From positions 1 through 46,563 of the IMG/VR virus record IMGVR_UViG_2721755658_000005: DNA of 46,563 nt. One strand, written 5' to 3'. Within the stretch, counting starts at the first letter, position 1, and every line of letters starts with the position of its first letter. Of the stretch, positions 31,596-40,506 are shown piece by piece. The position numbers and the translations under genes were made by a program. The notes under the pieces are model-generated. The model was not told the DNA's origin, made no database searches, and saw only the letters and a program-made list of their open reading frames with translations. Source of the DNA: a virus (taxonomy: Duplodnaviria; Heunggongvirae; Uroviricota; Caudoviricetes).

Positions 31596-31818
31596 TCCCC
31601 GCTTTATCCAGATTGCACTGCCCTAGCGCCGACAACAGACTGACATTCAAATCTAGGCTACCCGCATAAGTCAGCGGTTCAGAAATGGCTGGTTGCGGGG
31701 TTTCAGCGGTCAGACTCGCCGGTAACGGTATAGCCGGAACTGGCACGTAAACTGTCCGCGTACTTCCGCAACCGGTCAGCAGCGGCGGCAGGCACAGGAC
31801 GTGAAGCACAATCATCAT
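31543..31818 (-). CDS. Rz1-like o-spanin lipoprotein (overlapping Rz in another frame)
   Basis: Internal start gives MMIVLHVLCLPPLLTGC with lipobox LTGC; Pro-rich; overlaps the Rz 3' region. Confidence 0.6.
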   Translation of the reverse strand: MMIVLHVLCLPPLLTGCGSTRTVYVPVPAIPLPASLTAETPQPAISEPLTYAGSLDLNVSLLSALGQCNLDKAGIRRIEASRSGRSESGSK

Positions 31819-32095
31819 CCGCAACAGCCACTTTGATATCTTCCTGGGTTCTCTGTGACTCCAGTGCGATCTGCTGTTTTGCATGCTGGTTAACCTCTAT
31901 AACTGTATTGACGATTTGCAGTGATTGCAGGACGTTACGGGTAATGGCTGTTGCAGATTCAACATTTTGTACAGCCTCATCAGCACGTTTCTTTTCGTGC
32001 TGATATTTGCTGTAGTAGTGGTTGGCAGACCAGATGAAAGAACCGATGACAGTAAAGAAGAATGCAGCGATAACCAGCTTATAGCTCAACTTCAT
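31703..32095 (-). CDS. Rz-like i-spanin
   Basis: 130-aa product with N-terminal TM helix then coiled-coil; directly after the endolysin gene. Confidence 0.7.
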   Translation of the reverse strand: MKLSYKLVIAAFFFTVIGSFIWSANHYYSKYQHEKKRADEAVQNVESATAITRNVLQSLQIVNTVIEVNQHAKQQIALESQRTQEDIKVAVADDDCASRPVPAAAADRLRKYADSLRASSGYTVTGESDR

Positions 32096-32555
32096 TTACC
32101 ACCCCACCAGCCTCTTTAAACCGGGAAATCAGGTCACCGATTTTATGTTCATACTGACCGTAACCTGCACCAGGTAACGACGCCCAGATATTGCTGCAAC
32201 GATCGATAGCCTGACGGATATCACCGCGATCAATCATCGGTAAAGCGCCACGCTCTTTAATCTGCTGCAATGCCACTGCGTCCTGGCTTTTGGGGGAGAA
32301 GTCTTTCAAACCAAGCTGTTTACGGTAAGCATCCCACCAGCGTGAAAGAAGCTGATAACGTCCGGCGGCTGTTGATTTGAGTTTGGGGTTTAACGTGACA
32401 AGTTTGCGAGGGTGATCAGAGTAATCAGTAAACAGTTCGCCGCCAACAATAACATCATAACCGTGATTACGTGTCGGTTGTCGCCCGTTATCCGTTCCTT
32501 CTGACCATGCCACCATATCGAGGAAAGCTTTACGCTGGGAATTTAGTACCTGCAT
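32079..32555 (-). CDS. R: Endolysin (lambda R-like lytic transglycosylase)
   Basis: NQRKAFLDMVAWSEGTDNGRQPTRNHGYDVIVGGELFTDYSDHP closely matches lambda R as recalled. Confidence 0.9.
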   Translation of the reverse strand: MQVLNSQRKAFLDMVAWSEGTDNGRQPTRNHGYDVIVGGELFTDYSDHPRKLVTLNPKLKSTAAGRYQLLSRWWDAYRKQLGLKDFSPKSQDAVALQQIKERGALPMIDRGDIRQAIDRCSNIWASLPGAGYGQYEHKIGDLISRFKEAGGVVNEVEL

Positions 32556-32558
32556 AAA

Positions 32559-32885
32559 TTACTCCTTAGAGCCACCAAACTTATTACCGATTACTCTCAT
32601 TGCAGCCCCACGAATAGCATCAACACCGATCAGCCCCACCCCACCACCAATGGCAACAGATAGTGATTTAGGCCATCCGACATACTCAAGAGCGGATGCA
32701 AAAGTCAGCGTCAGAGCGCCACAGAGTAGAATTTCGAGTGTTTTTCGCTTCCAGCCGCCACCACCGCCAAAATAGGCAATACGTAAACCAGCCATAACAA
32801 TCGACATAATCACTGCGCCCAGCGGTGTGTCTCCACGCCACCAGCTCTGGACCAACTCCAGCCAGGTATTTGGGTTATGAGGCAT
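32559..32885 (-). CDS. Holin
   Basis: 108-aa product with two or three TM segments, immediately upstream of the endolysin gene. Confidence 0.7.
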   Translation of the reverse strand: MPHNPNTWLELVQSWWRGDTPLGAVIMSIVMAGLRIAYFGGGGGWKRKTLEILLCGALTLTFASALEYVGWPKSLSVAIGGGVGLIGVDAIRGAAMRVIGNKFGGSKE

Positions 32886-33036
32886 TTGTAGTTATCTCTC
32901 ACCTCGCTGATACAGCAGGTGCAAATTGAGGGAACATCATGTACAGCAAATTAGAAGCGGAAACGTCAAAGAAGCCGAACCAATGGATAACTGCGGAATA
33001 GACCAGGACCAACGAATCCCCATCCCCAGAAACGAC

Positions 33037-33059
33037 AAAACCCGCTCGACGGCGGGTTT
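33037..33059 (-). terminator. Candidate late-operon terminator (tR'-like) upstream of the lysis cassette
   Basis: Minus-strand hairpin aacccgc...gcgggtt followed by uuuugucguuucug; lies between Q and the holin gene. Confidence 0.45.
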
Positions 33060-33231
33060 AAGCTGTGTGGCGAAGTAACCACTCTTAACACAGTAATCTA
33101 GAAAATGCGGACCGCGTTAGTGATTTTTATCTGTTTTTCCATTATTTTTTTGCCACACAGCTTAAAACGAAAAATAAAGCAGGCGTTGCCAAACCTCACG
33201 GTGACAGTTGGCTTAGAATGAGGACATATTT

Positions 33232-34251
33232 TTGGATAAGTTTGATGAGATTCATGTAGACATTGAATCTGAGCAGCAAGCCTTCGATTTGCTTGAAAGC
33301 TATCTTGATGGTTATGGTTTACCTGACAGTTTAAGTTTCAACGGATGGCCAAACCTTACCATCAGATTAACCGGTGAAAAATTCAACAGATCGCTAACAC
33401 CTTCAGTTATGAAGGGATTTGTTGAAATGCAAGCTCAAATCAACAAATCATATGCCCTTGCCAAGTACGGTGTCCCTGACGTCCGCAAACTGACCAAAGA
33501 AGAACTTGATGCCCTAGAAATAGAAGTTACGGTAGAACAGGGTTCTTCAATAGTAGAAATCAACATTGATGGCTTTTTAACCAAACTCACACAGGAACTT
33601 GTTGGTAAAATGAACGCAACTGAGATCATGTTTACTGTTCTCGGCGCAGCAGTCATCTGGGGCGGAGTAACAGTATTTAAACGGTTCTTGGACAACCGTA
33701 AAGATATTCGCCTTGCAGAAATTGCTAAGGATGGAGAGAAAGAACATCTCCGGACTATGCAGATCATGAGCGAGCAAGAAACTAAACGCCTGCGGGTTAT
33801 TTCAGAAATGATTGCGGAAAAACCACTTCTCGATAACATGGACCGTATGTCGTATGACGCTAAAACCCAAATGGTCAAATCCTTTGTGCGTTCAGATAAC
33901 GCTCAAATTGATGGCGTTACTATTGATTCTGAAATGGCGAAAGAGTTGGTTACGAATGCTCGTAGACGTTCATCAGAAATGAGGATTGATGGTATTTACC
34001 GAATTGAAGAAGTCAATAATACTGACCCAGAGAGTTTCAAAGTTAAGGTCCGACGCGTAGATACCGACCAACGTCTAACCTGCGTAGTTCAGGATGTTTT
34101 CCTTGATGAATCCGGAAACAAAGAAGCATTGCAGCGAGCTGAGTGGGAAAGAAAGCCTGTACATTTGAGCATTAACGCAAAACACGTCGATGGTGACATT
34201 AAGTCAGCAGTAATTCTCTATGTTCGAGATGTGGAACAAAAGCCCGAGTAA
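33232..34251 (+). CDS. Hypothetical single-pass membrane protein (moron between Q and lysis genes)
   Basis: 339-aa ORF with TTG start; central TM helix IMFTVLGAAVIWGGVTVF; opposite strand to the late operon; no recognised family. Confidence 0.5.
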   Translation: MDKFDEIHVDIESEQQAFDLLESYLDGYGLPDSLSFNGWPNLTIRLTGEKFNRSLTPSVMKGFVEMQAQINKSYALAKYGVPDVRKLTKEELDALEIEVTVEQGSSIVEINIDGFLTKLTQELVGKMNATEIMFTVLGAAVIWGGVTVFKRFLDNRKDIRLAEIAKDGEKEHLRTMQIMSEQETKRLRVISEMIAEKPLLDNMDRMSYDAKTQMVKSFVRSDNAQIDGVTIDSEMAKELVTNARRRSSEMRIDGIYRIEEVNNTDPESFKVKVRRVDTDQRLTCVVQDVFLDESGNKEALQRAEWERKPVHLSINAKHVDGDIKSAVILYVRDVEQKPE

Positions 34252-34265
34252 TCGGGCTTCAATAA

Positions 34266-34658
34266 TCAATCTTTAATTTCGGGGTCCATCTCTAGACTAA
34301 TTTCCAGCATCGATAGGCAGCCATCAATAAACCCCTCAGCCATCTGTATCTCAATGCGTATTAGTTTCTCATCCTTTTTACGAGCCTTGGCGAGCTTTCT
34401 TTTAGAGATACCGTATAGGTAATGGGCAACAAGAAGCGAATGTTCGTCCGGCCTTTTTTGCCTTAGACGAGCAAGACAACCTTCAATAATTAATGCATCA
34501 CTATCTGAACATGCCTGACGTGTTTTGCTTGTATAGGGAAGAAGCCCTTTAAACCCAGCAGCTATAGGAGAATAGTCTACTCCTGAACTATCACTCGCCG
34601 CCCATGCTCCCCAACGATCCAGAACCATTTGAATATCACGCATCAACTTTCTCCACAA
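34266..34658 (-). CDS. Late antiterminator Q-like protein
   Basis: 130-aa product containing YLYGISKRKLA; position immediately before the late/lysis region. Confidence 0.6.
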   Translation of the reverse strand: MWRKLMRDIQMVLDRWGAWAASDSSGVDYSPIAAGFKGLLPYTSKTRQACSDSDALIIEGCLARLRQKRPDEHSLLVAHYLYGISKRKLAKARKKDEKLIRIEIQMAEGFIDGCLSMLEISLEMDPEIKD

Positions 34659-34660
34659 AA

Positions 34661-35656
34661 TCAGGCCAGCACGCCAATTGCCAGCGCACGATCGATAAAA
34701 CGAAATATCAGCTCCAACTGAGAGCCATACTTTTCTTCAAATACCACGGTATCCGCATGCAGCTCGTCGTGATGCTTTCTGCACAAAGGCAGCACGAAGA
34801 GGTCATGCGCTTTTGTACCCATTCCACCCTGACCGTGGCCTATCAGGTGGTGGGGATCATCTGCAGGCTTTCCACAACATGCACACGGCTGCGTCTTAAC
34901 CCAGCGCGTGTACTTTTCGTTAACCCAGCGGCGACGTTTGGGACGTAACATAAAAGACTCCGGCGACTCCGGATCCACTTTCAGCGCCAGCACCTTTTTC
35001 GCTTTATCCTGGATGATGCTGGTGGCAGGAACCGAAGGCACAAGGTCACTTTCCCGGGTGACAGACGGCACAACAGGCTTCGGTAATCTCAGTGCCTTAC
35101 GGGCTGCGCTTTCCGGTAAGGCATCCGCCAGGTCATTACGAACCAGCCACCAGCACAGTTCCGGCATTGTCACAACGTGACTGTCATCAAAACCGAGATC
35201 CCGACGCACGAGAGACAACACCCAGCGGGCACAGTTATCCGTTGCCATTGATTCCAGCCGTTCCGTGAATTGATCGCGCAGCTGGTTATCGCAGTGCCAG
35301 CACAGACGGATTGCGCCCGGCGCGTGTCGCATTGTTGTCATGTTCTCGCTGTGCCAGTCGGAATGAGGCCACTGGCAGCCTTTTTCACGAAGTAACCAGC
35401 TTTCAAGACATTCCACGCCACCAGCACGACGGATCACTGCCTCATTGCGGAACACGGCCCGAACGGCAGGATCATCCGCCAGCGGTTGTGATGCCGCCGG
35501 AACGGCACCACTGGCAAAAGATGAATAACGTTCCGGCTCAGGCTCCAGCAGGACACGCCCCTGCATAAACAGGGGCATCAGCTCTGAACCTGGTCTGAAC
35601 AATACGATCCCCATACGCGGGGCAATTTCAGGGGTCAGTAGTGCTCTCACGGTCAC
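34661..35656 (-). CDS. DUF968-type phage protein with C-terminal HNH-like Cys/His motif
   Basis: C-terminal CACCGKPADDPHHL...CRKHHDELH; common in lambdoid nin regions. Confidence 0.55.
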   Translation of the reverse strand: MTVRALLTPEIAPRMGIVLFRPGSELMPLFMQGRVLLEPEPERYSSFASGAVPAASQPLADDPAVRAVFRNEAVIRRAGGVECLESWLLREKGCQWPHSDWHSENMTTMRHAPGAIRLCWHCDNQLRDQFTERLESMATDNCARWVLSLVRRDLGFDDSHVVTMPELCWWLVRNDLADALPESAARKALRLPKPVVPSVTRESDLVPSVPATSIIQDKAKKVLALKVDPESPESFMLRPKRRRWVNEKYTRWVKTQPCACCGKPADDPHHLIGHGQGGMGTKAHDLFVLPLCRKHHDELHADTVVFEEKYGSQLELIFRFIDRALAIGVLA

Positions 35657-35657
35657 C

Positions 35658-36467
35658 TCAATGAACGGTATCGAGCAGCTTTAACAGCTCAGGGAATCGG
35701 GATTCGAAAAAGTGCGGCTGCGTCTCGCGCGGATTTGCGGGACTGGTGATGTTCTTGCCGAACATGCAGCCTTTCGCTGTCAGCGACCAGAATTTTTTGA
35801 TGTTGTTAATCGCGGTACGGCTGTATCGTTCGCGCTGCTCGACGATCCCCAGCTTCACCATCTGGTGATATGCCTGATTAGCCGTCAGGCGGATACCATA
35901 CTGCTTCAGCAGTGCACTCAGTGACAGTGTCGGGCGACTTGAGCCATCGTGTGCATCAGCAGGGGCATCAATGGCATAGCGCGGTGCCAGATTCGGTAAG
36001 CCAACAGCCTCCTGGAGTTTCTGACAGGCACCAAGCACTGATGAGTTAGACAGGTTTAATTCCCGGCGCATAAAGTCCAGCAGGATCACGCCAGCCTGCA
36101 TCTTGTCAGCAGCCTGCCCGGATAATTTTTCGGGTGCGCTGGTTACCATATCGAAAGTACGGATCACCTTCAGATGGAATGCCGGGCTGATCCACATTGC
36201 ATAGGCATACACCAGTTCTTTGCAGACATACGTCCCCTGGTTATTTCCGCCATTAATAACGCTAACTGGTTGATTCTTTTCCAGAGGCGGAATTCCACCC
36301 TCGGTGAAAAGTTGTTCAATCAGTTCACAGGTTTGCTTATTGGAGAGCCAGTATTTCGGGCGGTTTTTTTGTTCTCCCCCGGCAGCCCGATGCAGATCGT
36401 TCAGGCTGTAACGACCATAAGCATCACGACGAACTTCAATACCATCAATGACCATCAGATTATTCAT
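35658..36467 (-). CDS. KilA-N domain protein / antirepressor-like
   Basis: N-terminal IDGIEVRRDAYGRYSLNDLHRAAGG...KYWLSNKQT fits the KilA-N pattern. Confidence 0.6.
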   Translation of the reverse strand: MNNLMVIDGIEVRRDAYGRYSLNDLHRAAGGEQKNRPKYWLSNKQTCELIEQLFTEGGIPPLEKNQPVSVINGGNNQGTYVCKELVYAYAMWISPAFHLKVIRTFDMVTSAPEKLSGQAADKMQAGVILLDFMRRELNLSNSSVLGACQKLQEAVGLPNLAPRYAIDAPADAHDGSSRPTLSLSALLKQYGIRLTANQAYHQMVKLGIVEQRERYSRTAINNIKKFWSLTAKGCMFGKNITSPANPRETQPHFFESRFPELLKLLDTVH

Positions 36468-36486
36468 ACTTCGTTTCTCCTCTTAA

Positions 36487-36876
36487 TCAGGCGGCTGCAC
36501 CCGCCGTTTTCTCGTACTTACTGATAGTGATCTCGACCTTCCCTCCCGGGATAACCGGTCCCCACTCAACCAGCATTCTTTTCACCTGACTGTCGTCTTC
36601 CCACACACCCGCGTGGGTCAGGGCGTCAAACAGCGCCTTGTTATAGTTGTCCAGATCGCGGATCCGGTTATCCGGAGGAAACAACACGATCTCCACTGAA
36701 GCAGGTGCCGACGTTGGTTTCGGCAGACGACGTAACTGCTCAACTATTGCTGCGCACGCCGCGCTCTGGAATTTTCGCCCCGCCGTGCTTATCAGGCTCT
36801 TACCAGCAAACGCCCCTTTGTTGGGGTGTCGCCAGTACGTGTTCACACTGGGCGGGAAAGGCAGGATCAGCTTCAT
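36487..36876 (-). CDS. rusA: Holliday junction resolvase RusA
   Basis: 129-aa product MKLILPFPPSVNTYW...DLDNYNKALFDAL, the RusA signature. Confidence 0.8.
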   Translation of the reverse strand: MKLILPFPPSVNTYWRHPNKGAFAGKSLISTAGRKFQSAACAAIVEQLRRLPKPTSAPASVEIVLFPPDNRIRDLDNYNKALFDALTHAGVWEDDSQVKRMLVEWGPVIPGGKVEITISKYEKTAGAAA

Positions 36877-37199
36877 ACTTTCAGGCCCCTCTCATGTAAC
36901 CAGTGGGCTGCACGCAGCCTGCCGTTTTCCTCACCGGCAAGCAGTGCGCGGATAATCCCGACCGCCTCGCTGTCGTCGGCCTTCACCGCGGTATGAAGCG
37001 TTATCCCCCGGGCCACGCCACGCTTTATCGTGATGACGCCTTTTTTCTCCAGTGCGCGAAGATGCTCCACTGCTGCATTCACTGAACGGTATCCCAGCAT
37101 GGTTGCCACCTCCTGATTGGTTGGCGGAAAGCCACGTTCTTTCTGGTAAGAAATCAGCATATCCAGCACCTGCTGCTGGCATTGAGTTAACGTCGTCAT
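36873..37199 (-). CDS. LexA-like winged-helix DNA-binding protein
   Basis: 108-aa product resembling the LexA N-terminal DNA-binding domain. Confidence 0.5.
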   Translation of the reverse strand: MTTLTQCQQQVLDMLISYQKERGFPPTNQEVATMLGYRSVNAAVEHLRALEKKGVITIKRGVARGITLHTAVKADDSEAVGIIRALLAGEENGRLRAAHWLHERGLKV

Positions 37200-37882
37200 G
37201 CCGCCATCCCCCTGACCAGTTTTTCCGCCTGCTGGCGAACCTGCGCCAGAAACGCCTCACCACATGCCTCAAGTTCATCGCGCCCGATGTAGCTGATTGC
37301 CGGTCCCTTCCAGGTCTTGTCGAAAACAGCAATAGCACCAGCGAAGAAAGCGCCTGTCGGCACCTGCTTCTCATCCTTCGGGATAAACCAGGCAGGCAGT
37401 TCAAAACCAATACGCCCGCGAATAAAAGCAATATGATCTGCATCTTCCGGCCACCACACTTCGCTGGTGGCAGCTTTGATCAGGAAAACATAGCGCCCGC
37501 CTTTATCACGCATGGCACTGGCATGCTTCATGATGTAACGCATGCCGGTGATGTATTGCCCCTCATGCTGACTGGCGCGGCTGTATGGGGGATTACCAAA
37601 GGCAGCACCTTTAAGCTCCGCAAGACGTTCTGACCAGTCATGCGCCAACGCGTTGTCTTCCGCCGTGTAATACGCGGCACATTTGGCGTTATCACCGTCA
37701 GTGAACAGATCCAGAACAAACGGACCAAACAGGGTGTTAATTCCCCAGAAAATGTTATCTGGCGTGCGCCACTGATCGCCCACTTCCTTCAGTTCATGGG
37801 CTGGTTTGTTCCGCAGTTCCACCAGTGCCTGACAATATTTATTACTCATTAAGCCCCCACGTAATTCCCTGACAGATACCAC
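37196..37882 (-). CDS. Phage N6-adenine DNA methyltransferase (orphan, Dam-like)
   Basis: NPPY catalytic motif in FGNPPYSRA; no adjacent restriction endonuclease gene. Confidence 0.7.
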   Translation of the reverse strand: MVSVRELRGGLMSNKYCQALVELRNKPAHELKEVGDQWRTPDNIFWGINTLFGPFVLDLFTDGDNAKCAAYYTAEDNALAHDWSERLAELKGAAFGNPPYSRASQHEGQYITGMRYIMKHASAMRDKGGRYVFLIKAATSEVWWPEDADHIAFIRGRIGFELPAWFIPKDEKQVPTGAFFAGAIAVFDKTWKGPAISYIGRDELEACGEAFLAQVRQQAEKLVRGMAA

Positions 37883-38337
37883 TCTTCACCCGATGCAGCG
37901 CGCTTGCTGCTTTTCCGTAAGCACCGCTCACGACGCGCCAGAAAATTGTTTCGTTCTGGCTGGGAGTGGCTTTCACGGAATGCCGCCATCCACACCGTTG
38001 CAGCTCGACGGAATAAGCCCCTGGACTCCAGTTCTTCAGCCTGGCGGGTCAGGCACAAAATCACCCGGGGGTCGTTAGTGCCGACATAGAAATTGCGCAC
38101 AGGTCTGGTTTCACAAACTGGTTCCGGCTCCTGCGATATCTCAGCCTGGCGCGGGAAATGTCTGCGTGTATCCTCTTCACAACGGTGAGCCACACGCCCA
38201 CTCTGACGTAACTTGCTTGCTGACTGCAGAACGCGCTGCCGTGAGTAACCTGCAAAAGCATCCGCAATGTCTCCGGAAGTACACCCCGGATGGGCTTCAA
38301 TGAATTTCTGAACGTCATTTAACAGACTCATGATCAC
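37849..38337 (-). CDS. Hypothetical phage protein (possible PerC-like regulator)
   Basis: 162-aa basic protein; family assignment uncertain. Confidence 0.35.
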   Translation of the reverse strand: MIMSLLNDVQKFIEAHPGCTSGDIADAFAGYSRQRVLQSASKLRQSGRVAHRCEEDTRRHFPRQAEISQEPEPVCETRPVRNFYVGTNDPRVILCLTRQAEELESRGLFRRAATVWMAAFRESHSQPERNNFLARRERCLRKSSKRAASGEEWYLSGNYVGA

Positions 38338-39275
38338 CCTCTGAATCCTGCCGGGATCTGGCTGTAGTCCACGTTGTCGTAACTGGCTTTGAAGTACGGG
38401 TCCTCGCGTTTTTCGGTGTACGTGCTGACGGACGGCGATAAGCGCAGGGAAAGCTCATCCCATTTTTCCCGCAGCTTCGACGGGCTGAGCACGTTACGGC
38501 ACCAGAACGGATCGCGGCTGACGCGGCTGTACATCTCGCAGATTTGTTTGTGAGTACGCCCATCCTGTACACACATCAGGCGAATTTCGTTTGCCCAGGC
38601 TGTCCAGTTCGGTTCTTTGGGACGAACCACCTCGCCGTCACATTCGGCGGCTTGCTCGTACAGGGCGATGATTTTTTTCCAGAGCCACTGTGCGCAGGTC
38701 AAATCATCCTGCGTTCCCCACTGGCGCTTTTTAGGGCTGAATACAACCGCATCAGGATGGCGAGTTAAAAAATCCTGTTCATCCGTCTGCGTGTCCGGTT
38801 GCGAAGCGTCCGGACGAGAAGGTTTTTTATCTGACGGATCATGTTTTGATTTTACTGACGGATCCCCGCCAGATTCTGACGGGTGAAAACCCGCTTTTTT
38901 GCCAGATTTCGACGCATCAAATTTTGACGGGTCAGATTTTGATGCGTCAGATTTTGACGGGTCAGAATCTGACAGTTGAGAAAATGCCGCTGCCTGAAGC
39001 TTCGCAACGTTAAGCTGATAAACATTCGACGCATTGCGGTTACCCTGGCGACGCGCCTTACGCGTTAACCAGCCTTCTGCTTCCAGCCGTGCGATAGCCG
39101 TCCTGACGGTACTCATCCCCGCGCCAATCTGACGGGCAATAGTTTCAATTGATGGCCAGCACACACCTTCGTCATTACTGAAATCAGCCAGGCGGGCCAT
39201 AATTGCCACGCTGGATAATTTCATGCCTGATGCAGCGCAACCATCCCATACATAGCCGGTTAATTTAGTGCTCAT
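38334..39275 (-). CDS. Replication initiation protein (lambda O-like, N-terminal HTH) containing origin iterons
   Basis: N-terminal HTH region; internal SDPSKSDASKSDPSKFDASKS repeat encoded by DNA iterons. Confidence 0.65.
   Translation of the reverse strand: MSTKLTGYVWDGCAASGMKLSSVAIMARLADFSNDEGVCWPSIETIARQIGAGMSTVRTAIARLEAEGWLTRKARRQGNRNASNVYQLNVAKLQAAAFSQLSDSDPSKSDASKSDPSKFDASKSGKKAGFHPSESGGDPSVKSKHDPSDKKPSRPDASQPDTQTDEQDFLTRHPDAVVFSPKKRQWGTQDDLTCAQWLWKKIIALYEQAAECDGEVVRPKEPNWTAWANEIRLMCVQDGRTHKQICEMYSRVSRDPFWCRNVLSPSKLREKWDELSLRLSPSVSTYTEKREDPYFKASYDNVDYSQIPAGFRG
38828..38975. repeat. Iteron array (about 8 copies of a tcagattttgacgg-like unit); candidate replication origin
   Basis: Tandem degenerate direct repeats visible in sequence inside the initiator gene, as for lambda ori within O. 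Confidence 0.6.
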
Positions 39276-39623
39276 GACCGACCTCTATTTCCCTGAATTT
39301 ACGACGAAACTGTTCGAGCGGGCTGAAGCACTCATGCTCATAGCCTTCGCGGAGGTAGATAACTCGTTGTGTTTCCGGCTCCCAACGAATGACTCTGACG
39401 GGCACTCCGTAGTGATCTTTGAACCAGCGGTTAACTTGTCGCAAAGGACTGTCTCCTTCTGCCGGTTGAAATCACCCACAGCCCACTCAGCAAAGCTGTG
39501 GGTTACAATTTCCCTGTCACCTGGTACATTAACTGCATAGCAATACTCCACCTTCGCTTTTCCACCCGGTACAGGAAGCGCAATCAGTTGCGAGCGACGG
39601 TAGTGTGTTGTTAAACTGTTCAT
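39272..39623 (-). pseudogene. Frameshifted phage gene (two protein-like frames joined near 39450..39475)
   Basis: N-terminal frame reads [21 protein letters not shown]...AEWAVGDF; a second frame reads ...[56 protein letters not shown] and ends overlapping the next gene start. Confidence 0.45.
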
Positions 39624-40228
39624 GCGTTAGTTTCTCCACAGTCACGACACGCCACGGCGCCCGGAGCTGCACACTCGCGGGCGTCATTACTTTCTGAAAT
39701 GCAAAAGATTTTGTAGACCAGTGCTGCATGCTCCTGCAGCTTCGAAATTGAGAGATACAGCTCGTCGTTAATTGCTGTCTTCTCATGCGGTTCCACTACA
39801 CCGTCTTCGATTGCTGAACGAATCTGTTTTGAATAACTGCCGATCTGTTCAATGACTTCCAGCAGACGCTGGTTAATATCGGCGTTGTCCACATCCTCGA
39901 CGTCAGGAAGAGACACAAAGACGCCATTGGCAGACTGCGCCACAGCGTCAGCAATGAAGTGAGTTCCACCAGCACGTTGCAAAATCATTGCCCATCCCAG
40001 CGGGAAAATCTGATCGCCATCGGCACGAAGGCGGTTAAATAATGCGTTTTCTGTTACATCCAGCCAGTCAGCTGCTTCAGCGTAACCACCCGGCAACGCT
40101 GCGATAGTTTTTCTGACAGCTTTCACGTACCACTCAGGCTGTTTTTCTACTTTCCAGTGATGCTTACCCACGGTTAGCCTCATCGTTCTGTGGTTTCTGT
40201 TAATCGATTTATCCATTAGATTTTTCAT
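39620..40228 (-). CDS. CII-like phage regulatory protein (YdaT-like)
   Basis: Position directly after the Cro-like gene; start taken at internal Met MKNLMDKS of tracked ORF 39620..40285. Confidence 0.45.
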   Translation of the reverse strand: MKNLMDKSINRNHRTMRLTVGKHHWKVEKQPEWYVKAVRKTIAALPGGYAEAADWLDVTENALFNRLRADGDQIFPLGWAMILQRAGGTHFIADAVAQSANGVFVSLPDVEDVDNADINQRLLEVIEQIGSYSKQIRSAIEDGVVEPHEKTAINDELYLSISKLQEHAALVYKIFCISESNDARECAAPGAVACRDCGETNA

Positions 40229-40409
40229 AAAGCTCAGGTTTAAATGGCAACCGTCCGCAAGTTCTATATGCAGCTTCTGCTGCACGTCCTTTTGGAATTA
40301 ACTGGCCCGGACGGTTTCGCCACTGATAAACGGCTTCAGTTGTTATGCCGAAAAAAGCAGCAACTTTCTCAATACTGCCGAAGTAGCTTTCGATATCGTC
40401 AGTTGTCAT
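40209..40409 (-). CDS. Cro-like HTH repressor (YdaS family)
   Basis: 66-aa product with HTH FGITTEAVYQWRNR; divergent from the CI-like gene. Confidence 0.7.
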   Translation of the reverse strand: MTTDDIESYFGSIEKVAAFFGITTEAVYQWRNRPGQLIPKGRAAEAAYRTCGRLPFKPELYEKSNG

Positions 40410-40506
40410 ACGCCCTCCAAACTAAGTTTTATTAGATGCTAATTACAAATCTATCTTTGGTCAATAAAAACTAAGATTACTTAGCAATTCAAGAAATGGT
40501 GCTCCT

